This document shows, in pieces, positions 24,614-32,965 of a DNA stretch of 64,000 bases. The stretch spans positions 32,001-96,000 of the IMG/VR virus record IMGVR_UViG_3300032401_000002. One strand, given 5' to 3'. Position 1 is the stretch's first letter. Each line of letters opens with the position of its first letter. The notes under the pieces are model-generated. The model was given only the letters and a program-made list of their open reading frames with translations. It was not told where the DNA came from and searched no databases. A program made the translations under genes and the position numbers. Source of the DNA: a virus.

Positions 24614-24853
24614 GTGAGCACAGTTCACCCCCACGCTAAGCGTTCGCTCGTGGCTCGTCCTCATGCGGTTGCCGGGCACGAGCACACCCACGTAGACGAG
24701 CGAGGCTTCGTCGTCAAGTGCTACCACACTTGCCGAGGCGTTCTTACGTCGTGGCAGTTCTGGCTAGGCACGTTCCTGGCCTTCCCGCTAGAGCACGCCA
24801 TTTGGGAGAAGCTCTGGCCCTTCAATCTTCTAACGCAGTGGATGGGACTCTAG
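24614..24853 (+). CDS. His-rich small membrane protein (probably leaderless)
   Basis: GTG 6 nt after TGCTACAAT; HEHTH then hydrophobic C-terminus. Confidence 0.6.
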   Translation: MSTVHPHAKRSLVARPHAVAGHEHTHVDERGFVVKCYHTCRGVLTSWQFWLGTFLAFPLEHAIWEKLWPFNLLTQWMGL

Positions 24854-25042
24854 ATGGCCAGCACGACCAAGATCGATTTCCCCGGCTACCCTCGTCATGA
24901 TGACGGTGGCGGAACGTGGCAAGGTCGCAAGCCGAAAGGCGAGAAGTGTCACAACTCCTTCGCAGCCTTCGTGGCCAAGGTGAAGGTCTTCAAGGAGGGC
25001 AAAGCCCACCTGGAGCGTCACCACAACGGATACGGCCTGTAG
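24854..25042 (+). CDS. hypothetical protein
   Basis: 62 aa ORF abutting the upstream stop. Confidence 0.6.
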   Translation: MASTTKIDFPGYPRHDDGGGTWQGRKPKGEKCHNSFAAFVAKVKVFKEGKAHLERHHNGYGL

Positions 25043-25044
25043 GG

Positions 25045-25073
25045 TTGACAAACCCTCTCGAAGCGTGTACTCT
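25045..25073 (+). promoter_or_regulatory. early promoter (leaderless helicase mRNA)
   Basis: TTGACA-N17-TACTCT, ATG 6 nt downstream. Confidence 0.85.
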
Positions 25074-25079
25074 TAGTAC

Positions 25080-27128
25080 ATGAGCGAAATCACCACCCTT
25101 TCGGACGAACTCTGGAGCGACATCGAGCACGGTCGTGTTGACCGCTCCAAGTTCCTCTTCCTCGAAGAAAGCGACTCCCTCAAGCGCCAATGGAAGGTCG
25201 AGTCGTTCGATGAGAACTACTGGGCGCGCATGGGTGACACGGTCACGAGGTTCTCGACCGTGTCGGTGAGCAGTTACCCTCGCTTTGCACGGGTGGCTGA
25301 CGAGATGGGCTATACGCCTGTCTTCATGGACGATCCGACCGATCACTTTGACTGGGTCACGTCATTGGATCGCGATCCTCTCGTCGCCGTCAATTCCTCC
25401 CTGGAGGGAACGATTGGTGGTTTCTTGCCGTTCCAGGCACGGGGCCTGAACTTCATGAAGAGCACCAACCGCTGCGTCTACTTCCAGTGGAGCACGGGCA
25501 CGGGCAAGACGTTGGCAGCCGAGGGCACGATCCTCGTCAAGTCCAAGGAGGGCTACGGCGAGAACAAGGACGAGGGCTTCGACCTCTGCTTGTACGTTGT
25601 TAAGCCCAACAACCTCGTGAACACCCAGCGCAAGCTCAAGGATCACACGGGCCTGACGGGACGCATCTTGTCCGGCACGCCCAAGCGCCGCCAGACCATG
25701 ATCGCAGAGACCGCTGCTGCGATGGTCGCTGGCGAGCAGCCTATCCTGATCTTCAACGCCGAGAAGTTCCGCGAGGACACCGAGCTTCTGAAGCTCTTGG
25801 TCGAGGATCACAAGCTCCTGGTCATCTTCGATGAGATGCCGACCAAGTACGCCAACCGTGGCACGGCGCTGTACAAGGCGACGGCCGAGGTTCTCTACAC
25901 GACTTTCGTCATCCCCCAGGACGGCAAGGGCAAGGGCAAGCCGCTCTTCTACCCGAGCGTCAAGGGTGACCGCCCGAGCGAGGTCTTCTACGTTGCCATG
26001 TCGGCCACGCCGATCTCGAACTCACCCGAGGACTTCTTCAACTCGATCCGCCTCATGGACTCCTCGATCTACGGGAGCGTCAAGGACTTCAACAACCAGT
26101 TCGTGTCGTCGCGTGACCGCTGGTTCCAGATCGACGGTTGGAAGTCTCTCGACCTGATGGGCGCGATGGCGGCACACATCGTTCACCAGGTTGACAAGCA
26201 CACTGACCCGGAGATCAACGCTCAGTTCCCGACCAAGCTCCCGCCCGAGACGGTCTACTGCGACATGGACTCGGCCACTGAGAAGCTGTACGCCAAGCTC
26301 CAGAAGGAGTACGAGAACATCAAGAACGGTTCGATGCTCGACTTCGAGGAGATCCTCGCAGCCATCGGCACCTTCCAGATGCTGTGCTCTAATCCCCGCT
26401 CAGTGCTCATCTCGGCCAAGATCCGCGAGGAGTACGAGGCCAAGCTCGATGACTTCCTGGCCACCGACCCGAGCGAGGACGAGATCAAGGAGTTCGAGAA
26501 GAAGTTCCGCGACGGTAGCTTGGTCGCCCTCAAGCTCCGCACCCTCGTCAATGACGATTCCAAGTTCACGGACGAGAACGCCAAGGGCGAGTGCATCGTC
26601 TCCAAGATGATCGAGCTTCGTGAGCGCATCGAGCAGAATGACGACAAGGTCATCGTCTTCTCGACCATGAACCAGACTCTGCTTCCCCTGATCTCCGAGT
26701 GGCTCGACAAGTGGGGCATCACGCATGTGTCGTACCACGGTGGTATCACGGGCCACGCCAACAAGCAGGCGATCATCGATGAGTTCCGCACGAACCCGGA
26801 CGTAAAGGTCTTCCTGAGCACGGATGCTGGGTCGGACTCCATCGATCTTCCCGAGGCCACCCTCACCATCCACTACGACCTTCCCTGGACGAAGAGCAAG
26901 ATCACGCAGCGCGAGAATCGGCAGGATCGCATCGACTCGACCAAGGATGCAGTCCAGGTGGTCACCCTCGCAGTCCCGTTCACGGTCGAGGATCGCAAGG
27001 CCGAGATCCTGAGCATCAAGCAGGGATACCACGACTCGCTCTTCAACGGTGTCATCTCCGAGACCGAGGGCAAGGCCGTGAAGTCTGACTTCTTCTACAT
27101 CCTGACGGGCAAGCGAGAAGGCGAGTAA
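25080..27128 (+). CDS. SNF2-family (SF2) helicase
   Basis: LPFQARG, STGTGKT, FDEM, SATP, KVIVFS, YDLPW...QRENRQDRI. Confidence 0.88.
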   Translation: MSEITTLSDELWSDIEHGRVDRSKFLFLEESDSLKRQWKVESFDENYWARMGDTVTRFSTVSVSSYPRFARVADEMGYTPVFMDDPTDHFDWVTSLDRDPLVAVNSSLEGTIGGFLPFQARGLNFMKSTNRCVYFQWSTGTGKTLAAEGTILVKSKEGYGENKDEGFDLCLYVVKPNNLVNTQRKLKDHTGLTGRILSGTPKRRQTMIAETAAAMVAGEQPILIFNAEKFREDTELLKLLVEDHKLLVIFDEMPTKYANRGTALYKATAEVLYTTFVIPQDGKGKGKPLFYPSVKGDRPSEVFYVAMSATPISNSPEDFFNSIRLMDSSIYGSVKDFNNQFVSSRDRWFQIDGWKSLDLMGAMAAHIVHQVDKHTDPEINAQFPTKLPPETVYCDMDSATEKLYAKLQKEYENIKNGSMLDFEEILAAIGTFQMLCSNPRSVLISAKIREEYEAKLDDFLATDPSEDEIKEFEKKFRDGSLVALKLRTLVNDDSKFTDENAKGECIVSKMIELRERIEQNDDKVIVFSTMNQTLLPLISEWLDKWGITHVSYHGGITGHANKQAIIDEFRTNPDVKVFLSTDAGSDSIDLPEATLTIHYDLPWTKSKITQRENRQDRIDSTKDAVQVVTLAVPFTVEDRKAEILSIKQGYHDSLFNGVISETEGKAVKSDFFYILTGKREGE

Positions 27129-27391
27129 TGGCCGTCCGCAGAGATCACCCCGTCACGGTTCGCGAGAGCTTTCTCCTAGCTGAAGCGTGGACAGACGCCA
27201 TCGGTGGCGTCAGCCACTCCGAGATCCTGATCAGCAACCCTGAGCATCACGACCCGGCTTGGCTGGAGGAGCTTGCAGCCGATGGGTGGACTCTCACGAA
27301 ATATGTCCGCGAGGGGTTGACAAACCCGTCAGAACCGACTACTCTTAGTGAAGTAAGCCATTCCACAAGAGGAGAACACTTTGATTCCTGA
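27128..27391 (+). CDS. hypothetical protein
   Basis: 87 aa ORF coupled (TAATG) to the helicase. Confidence 0.55.
   Translation: MAVRRDHPVTVRESFLLAEAWTDAIGGVSHSEILISNPEHHDPAWLEELAADGWTLTKYVREGLTNPSEPTTLSEVSHSTRGEHFDS
27317..27345 (+). promoter_or_regulatory. early promoter for rIIA/rIIB
   Basis: TTGACA-N17-TACTCT, near-identical to the 25045 promoter. Confidence 0.85.
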
Positions 27392-29321
27392 GACCCGCAA
27401 CATCGAAGTCACCGGCACCCTCCAGGGTGAGAAGGTTGGCATGAGCATCAAGCAGGATGCGCTCGCTCACATCATGAGCGTCCTGACCGACCTCTATTCC
27501 GACCCCGAGCTTGCTGTCGTTCGTGAGTACAGCACGAACGGCTTCGATGCACACGTCGAGGCTGGTGTCTCCCTCCCGGTCGAGGTCACGACACCGAGCA
27601 ACATGTCGCCGTACTTCAAGGTGCGCGACTTCGGCAATGGTCTTAACGCTGAGGACATCCGCGAGATCTACTCGCAGTACGGCGCTTCGACCAAGCGTGG
27701 CTCGGACGACGTTGTCGGGATGCTGGGCCTGGGCTGCAAGTCGGCTCTGACCTACACCGACCAGTTCACGCTGACGGGCATCAAGGATGGCATTGCCACC
27801 GAGGTCGCGATCTCCCGTGACGCGGATGGTGCTGGTTCGATGACCATCGTCGCAACCTACGCCACGGATGACGCTTCGGGCGTCGAGGTTGTCGTGCCTG
27901 TCAAGGGAATGAACACGTTCGCCAAGACGGCTCAGGACTTCTTCCGCTTCTGGGAGCCGGGCACGGTGCTCGTGGACAGCAAGGAGCCGGTCGCGGTCGA
28001 GGGTCTTCAGGTCACTGATGACATCCTCGTCACAGACAAGCTCGATTCCTCCTACATCGTCATGGGCAACGTCGCTTATCCCTTCGACACCTACGAGCGC
28101 TACAACATCGTCGCGCGAGTCGCTATTGGTGCGGTGCAGTTCACGCCGTCACGCGAGGCGCTCCAGATGACCGACAAGACGACGCAGGCCATCAACGACG
28201 TGAAGGTGCGGGCCGAGGAAGGCAAGCTCAACGCCATCCAGGCTCTGGTGGACGCTGCCTCGGATCGCTTCGAGGGCATCATGGTCGCGCTCTCGGCCGA
28301 GAACATCTACGGGATCAGGCTCAACAAGCTCACGTACCAGGGCACGGAGTTCCCCGACCGGATCGAGATCTCCGACAAGAAGGATGCGCAGGAGTTCGTC
28401 GCGGTCAAGGCCGTCAAGGGCTACCGCTCCAAGGGTTGGAGCAAGGAGAAGTGGGTCGCTACGTCTTACATCTCCAAGGTTGTCTTCATGACCGGCTACA
28501 ACGGATCGGCGTTCACTCCTACCAAGCGCCTCAAGCTGGAGGGCTGGGAGGCACTCCAGACCGGCGAGAGCTTCGTGCGGCCCGAGCACTACTACCTGAT
28601 CGATAAGCTCACCAAGGCCGAGAAGCAGTGGATCAGGCCCGAGCAGATCGTGAACTGGGCCGACGTTGACGCCATCAAGATCGTGCGAGAGAGTCGGACT
28701 GGTGCCACCAAGGAAGACGGCGCTCCGAGCGGTTCGTACGAGGGCTACGTTGCAGGCAGTCGTCGCAACGACATCCTGGCCTCGGAGATCAACCCCTCCA
28801 ATCGGGTCGGCCTCTTCTACTGCGACCACAAGAACTCCCGTCACTACCGCGAGATCATCTTCTCCAAGTACCCGAACGCCACCATCGTGGAGCTTCCCTC
28901 GAACCGCATGAGCAAGTTCCTTCGCTTCTTCCCCAAGGCTCGTCACGCTCGCGACACGAGCATCAGCATCGCCAAGAAGTGGAGCGAGACGCTGACGGTC
29001 GAGCAGAAGCTCGCGATCAACTTCGAGCAGGCTGGTCGGTACGAGTACAGCTACATGACCAAGCTGGACGAGGCGCTGATCCAGGACGAGGACTTCTCGG
29101 CCATCGTGAAGGCGTACAAGTCCAAGGCCAAGGCTGCGGCCAAGTACAACATCATGAAGAACTTCCTGCACGGCACCAAGATCGAGAACATGATCGAGGA
29201 CACCACGGATAAGTACCCCCTCTTGACAGCCATGAACTTGTACGGTACTATGGGAGAGAAGGCATCTGCCGACCTCATCGTCTATCTGAACGCGGCCTAC
29301 TTGGTCGGGAAGGAGATCTAA
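27381..29321 (+). CDS. rIIA: RIIA-like protein (N-terminal GHKL ATPase)
   Basis: LYSDPELAVVREYSTNGFDAH, VRDFGNGL, YGASTKR, GMLGLGCKS, FTPSREAL. Confidence 0.88.
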   Translation: MIPETRNIEVTGTLQGEKVGMSIKQDALAHIMSVLTDLYSDPELAVVREYSTNGFDAHVEAGVSLPVEVTTPSNMSPYFKVRDFGNGLNAEDIREIYSQYGASTKRGSDDVVGMLGLGCKSALTYTDQFTLTGIKDGIATEVAISRDADGAGSMTIVATYATDDASGVEVVVPVKGMNTFAKTAQDFFRFWEPGTVLVDSKEPVAVEGLQVTDDILVTDKLDSSYIVMGNVAYPFDTYERYNIVARVAIGAVQFTPSREALQMTDKTTQAINDVKVRAEEGKLNAIQALVDAASDRFEGIMVALSAENIYGIRLNKLTYQGTEFPDRIEISDKKDAQEFVAVKAVKGYRSKGWSKEKWVATSYISKVVFMTGYNGSAFTPTKRLKLEGWEALQTGESFVRPEHYYLIDKLTKAEKQWIRPEQIVNWADVDAIKIVRESRTGATKEDGAPSGSYEGYVAGSRRNDILASEINPSNRVGLFYCDHKNSRHYREIIFSKYPNATIVELPSNRMSKFLRFFPKARHARDTSISIAKKWSETLTVEQKLAINFEQAGRYEYSYMTKLDEALIQDEDFSAIVKAYKSKAKAAAKYNIMKNFLHGTKIENMIEDTTDKYPLLTAMNLYGTMGEKASADLIVYLNAAYLVGKEI

Positions 29322-29323
29322 GC

Positions 29324-30325
29324 ATGAGTCTCAACTACACACTCGTCGGGAACGAGGCGGGAGAGAAGAACGTCACTCTCTACGTCGAGGGTCGCAAGCC
29401 CCTCCTCGCCCACTCGACGCATCCCAAGTTCGACGCCATCGTCGCTGGCATCCTCGCGGACGACGCCTCGGTGGCCGATCTCTTCGACCTGAGCCAGGTC
29501 GCGGGTCAGAAGTTCGAGAAGCTGTCGGAGCGGGTCGCGGTCGCCAATGGCCGGGTCTACTTCGATGGCGAGGAGCTTGACGAGGCCATCTCCGGTGAGA
29601 TCGTCGGTTTCATCGAGGCCAGCGTCGAGGACTGGAAGCCCCTCGTCGCGTTCATCGAGAACGTCATGCAGAACCCGAACCCGCACTCGCGGGAGAACCT
29701 CTACACCTGGCTGGTGGCGCACGAGATCACGATCACCGAGTCGGGCCTGCTCGTTGGCTACAAGGGCGTCGAGAAGGATGCGGACGGCAACCTTCAGTCG
29801 TCTTCAGAGGGAGTCGCCACGGTGGACGGCACGGTGTTCGAGGGCAAGATCCCGAACCCCATCGGAGCCGTCGTGGAGATGCCCCGCGCGTCAGTCGATC
29901 ACGACCCGAGCAACCCGTGCATGAGTGGCCTGCACGTCGGGACGTACCAGTACGCCAAGGGCTTCGCCTCGGTGCTCCTGGAGGTTCACGTCAACCCGCG
30001 CGACATCGTGAACGTCCCGGACGCCAGCTTCAAGTTCCGCACTTGCCGGTACACTGTCGTCCAGGTGATCGAGGATCGCTACACGTCCAAGGTCGTCGCG
30101 GACGCCAAGCCCGCCGAGCAGGTTGCGGCCGAGTACGATCTCCGCAAGGGGACGATCTTCGAGGACACCGATGCTCGCCGGATCGGTCGGAAGCTCAAGG
30201 TGGTCGAGGTCGAAGGTGACCAGGCAGTCGTGGAGTCCAACGGCAAGACCACGAGGGTCAAGATCGCCCGGCTCTTCACCCGCAAGTACAAGCTCGTGCG
30301 GAAGGGCCGCAAGCCGAAGGCGTAG
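29324..30325 (+). CDS. rIIB: RIIB-like protein
   Basis: NPNPHSRENLY.WL, GYKGV, VEMPR..VD, CMSGLHVG, VHVNPRDIVNVP; follows rIIA. Confidence 0.88.
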   Translation: MSLNYTLVGNEAGEKNVTLYVEGRKPLLAHSTHPKFDAIVAGILADDASVADLFDLSQVAGQKFEKLSERVAVANGRVYFDGEELDEAISGEIVGFIEASVEDWKPLVAFIENVMQNPNPHSRENLYTWLVAHEITITESGLLVGYKGVEKDADGNLQSSSEGVATVDGTVFEGKIPNPIGAVVEMPRASVDHDPSNPCMSGLHVGTYQYAKGFASVLLEVHVNPRDIVNVPDASFKFRTCRYTVVQVIEDRYTSKVVADAKPAEQVAAEYDLRKGTIFEDTDARRIGRKLKVVEVEGDQAVVESNGKTTRVKIARLFTRKYKLVRKGRKPKA

Positions 30326-30355
30326 GAAGCTCTGTAAGGCGTTCTAAGCCTCAGA

Positions 30356-30391
30356 AACGACAAGGGCACCCACTGGGTGCCCTTAGTCGTT
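30356..30391. terminator. bidirectional terminator at a convergent junction
   Basis: AACGAC-AAGGGCACC-CACTG-GGTGCCCTT-A-GTCGTT. Confidence 0.8.
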
Positions 30392-30432
30392 GGAGGCCCG
30401 GAGAATCGCTCCTGAGGCCGTATGGAGGGTGT

Positions 30433-31914
30433 CTAGACCTCGATGTAGGACTTGTTGCGTCGGCGAAGCTGGGTGTAGATGGTTTCGTCCTGCGGATTGA
30501 CCGTATTCGTGACCAGACGCTTGACCTTGGCCTGCGGATCGCTCAACTGAGCACCAGCTACTGTGTAGGTTGCCTCGTTCGTTGCAACCGTGATTTCTGC
30601 GGTGCCACCAGCAACACCCTTGAGGGTTGCGACCGTGGCTGAAGTCAGAACAGCCGTTACGTCGGCGTTGATCGTCTGGCCCGTTGAGTAGTCCGTGCCT
30701 GCCGTGCCAGTCAGGTTGATCAACTTGACAAGAGCGGCGAACGTGAGGGCCGCTGAGCCAGCGATCTTCAACTCGTCCAGGACAGGGTTGACTCCACCGG
30801 AGAAGGTTGCTGCGCCACGAGCCAGGTTAACACCAGTCACCGCGAGGGTGAATGCGTTAGCTGCCGTCCCCGGAGTGCGAGCCGTCAGAGTTGTGGTCGT
30901 GGTCACAGCGACTGCCGTGACATCGGCGTTGGCTGTAGCCACCTGATAGTCCGTACCAGGAACACCACCCGAACCGTTGATCGCGTTCTGGAAGTTGGTC
31001 ATCGAGCCAGCACCACCGTTGATCAGGATTTCGTCGTTGGCGGGCGTAAGGGCTGTCTTGAACGTGTAGGTGCGACCGTTGACAACCGCCGTAGCGTTGT
31101 TCGCGGGCGTGCCTGCCGTGTCGTTGACTGTGTTGGTAGCCTTGACCTCGGTTAGAGACGTCTTGATCGTGTAGACGCGAGCATTGATGGTCACCGTTGC
31201 TGCGTTCGAAGCATTGCCGCCTGCCTGAGTGATCGTTGCCGCATCCTGGTTGGCAGCCGAAGCTGTCGCCTGGAACCCAGCTTGCGCTGAGTGGAGTCCA
31301 CGAAGGTCTACGGCGGTTGCGCTCGCAGATACGACGTATTGACCGGCGTTGCGCTTGAGAACTCGAAGAACCCGACCATCAGTCAGATCAACCGAGTGAA
31401 CGCCCGAGCCGAGCTTAACGCTCCTGATGTTGCCGTCTGTCTGATAGACGCGGAAGCCGAATCGAGTCAGACCTACGATGCTAGTGGAAGCTGCGTCCAC
31501 TGTATGAACACCAGACTGCGAGCCGCTCGTGTTGATCGCCGCACCGCCCCTAGTGGCCGATACCTGGAACGCGCCTGCGCCGAAGCCTGCGGTGATTACC
31601 CAGTAGCGAACACCCGGAAGTAGACCAGTCGGGAGAGCACCCGTTGTCGAGAAGACAACAGCGTCACCGATTGCGAAGCCGTGGGTGGCCTTGGAGACTA
31701 CGCCAGGGGTGGCGATGGTTACCGTGAAGGTGCCCGAGTTCTGAAGCACGCGAACAAAGTTGTCCTTCTCGCGAACCAGGATAAGCTGTGTTGCGCGGTC
31801 ATCAACATCAACGAGGGCGACTACGCCTTCCTTGATTGTCTTCTTGGCCGCTGAAGAGTTGGGGATTCGGAAGCCTCGACCTGAGATTCCACGAATGCTG
31901 CGGTTGGTTGCCAT
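30433..31914 (-). CDS. virion structural/decoration protein with FCCH-like and nested beta-rich domains
   Basis: Ala/Thr/Gly-rich; HGFAIGDAVVFSTTGALPTGL motif typical of phage fibre modules. Confidence 0.7.
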   Translation of the reverse strand: MATNRSIRGISGRGFRIPNSSAAKKTIKEGVVALVDVDDRATQLILVREKDNFVRVLQNSGTFTVTIATPGVVSKATHGFAIGDAVVFSTTGALPTGLLPGVRYWVITAGFGAGAFQVSATRGGAAINTSGSQSGVHTVDAASTSIVGLTRFGFRVYQTDGNIRSVKLGSGVHSVDLTDGRVLRVLKRNAGQYVVSASATAVDLRGLHSAQAGFQATASAANQDAATITQAGGNASNAATVTINARVYTIKTSLTEVKATNTVNDTAGTPANNATAVVNGRTYTFKTALTPANDEILINGGAGSMTNFQNAINGSGGVPGTDYQVATANADVTAVAVTTTTTLTARTPGTAANAFTLAVTGVNLARGAATFSGGVNPVLDELKIAGSAALTFAALVKLINLTGTAGTDYSTGQTINADVTAVLTSATVATLKGVAGGTAEITVATNEATYTVAGAQLSDPQAKVKRLVTNTVNPQDETIYTQLRRRNKSYIEV

Positions 31915-31996
31915 TTCAGTGTTGTCCTTTAGATCAGTTCATCCCGCTTGATTGCGGGGAACCACTGTACTCTTTACGGGCCGATCCAAGGACTTT

Positions 31997-32464
31997 CTAA
32001 GCTACGCGCTGAGCCAGGAGGATACTTTCAGCGTAGACGATGACCGGGTCAGGTTTGGAAGAGTTCTGTGCCCAACGAAGCTGAAGAGCGCCTGCTGTGA
32101 CACTTGTACGAACGAGGCCCTCCACCACAGTCAGGGCTGGAGCATCAGTGCCATCCAGCACGGAAGTCGATCCCGGCAAGATCATCTTGGGATCAAGAGA
32201 CGTGTACCAGTAACAATAGGAGCCAACGGGTACCGTCAAGTCGAGCTTGAGATCGGTCTTCTTCTTGGCTGACCAAATCAGTCGTAGCTCGAAGAGCCAT
32301 GTGGTGCTATACGGAAGGGTGGACGACAAGTGGTCGTCGGCTTGGAGAGTTGTTGACGACACTACTTGCTCGTTGACGGGCTTGCGGACAAAGACGAAGG
32401 GCATACCCGGCCCCTGCGGGCCGGGCACCCCTTGTGGCCCGCGCATCAGGCCGATTAGGCCCAC
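31997..32464 (-). CDS. fibre protein C-terminal part (short collagen repeat + BclA/C1q-like head)
   Basis: GPQGVPGPQGPG then beta domain ending LQLRWAQ...SILLAQRVA. Confidence 0.75.
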   Translation of the reverse strand: MGLIGLMRGPQGVPGPQGPGMPFVFVRKPVNEQVVSSTTLQADDHLSSTLPYSTTWLFELRLIWSAKKKTDLKLDLTVPVGSYCYWYTSLDPKMILPGSTSVLDGTDAPALTVVEGLVRTSVTAGALQLRWAQNSSKPDPVIVYAESILLAQRVA

Positions 32465-32643
32465 GTACCGCCGACCTTGGTGTAGACATCGCCGGTGTCA
32501 GTGCGGAGGTAGAAGTCTCCGTTGACACCGAGCGTGTCATTGGGCACGGTTGTTCCGAAGTACCACACAGAACCGGGTGCTCCCGGTGCTCCAGGAGCGC
32601 CAGTCGCTCCAGGTGTGCCGCTTAGGTTTCCGATCAAGCCCAT
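32455..32643 (-). CDS. fibre protein middle module (collagen-like)
   Basis: GTPGATGAPGAPGAPG-SVWYFG..VP...GVNGDFYL...GDVY. Confidence 0.75.
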   Translation of the reverse strand: MGLIGNLSGTPGATGAPGAPGAPGSVWYFGTTVPNDTLGVNGDFYLRTDTGDVYTKVGGTWA

Positions 32644-32909
32644 GATCCGCCCTCCTTCATGTAGATGTTCGTTGTTGCTGTGTCGAGGTAGAAGTCTCCA
32701 TCAGAGCCTACCGCGTCACTTGGCACTCCAGTACCGGAATGCCAATATGGTGGGTATGCGACCCATAAGCCCTTGAATTGCAGCAAGCAGCGCCGCACTT
32801 CGGGATCGTCCAGGTCAACCGTGGCGAGAGATCCGTCACGGGGAATCTTGGTCTTTCCTATGCGAAGTGGTGTGCGGGAGAGATTGGCGACACGTAGCGG
32901 CGTTACCAT
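32634..32909 (-). CDS. fibre protein N-terminal module
   Basis: WHSGTGVPSDAVGSDGDFYLDTATTNIY repeat homologous to the next ORF. Confidence 0.75.
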   Translation of the reverse strand: MVTPLRVANLSRTPLRIGKTKIPRDGSLATVDLDDPEVRRCLLQFKGLWVAYPPYWHSGTGVPSDAVGSDGDFYLDTATTNIYMKEGGSWA

Positions 32910-32965
32910 GCAGTCTCAGCGTAGCCGGGCCTCCACCAGGAGTCCCCCTGAAGGGGTAACTCATA

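Noticed and set aside
25362-29722. Long antisense ORFs over the helicase, rIIA and rIIB
   Set aside because: Shadow ORFs caused by strong GC3 codon bias.
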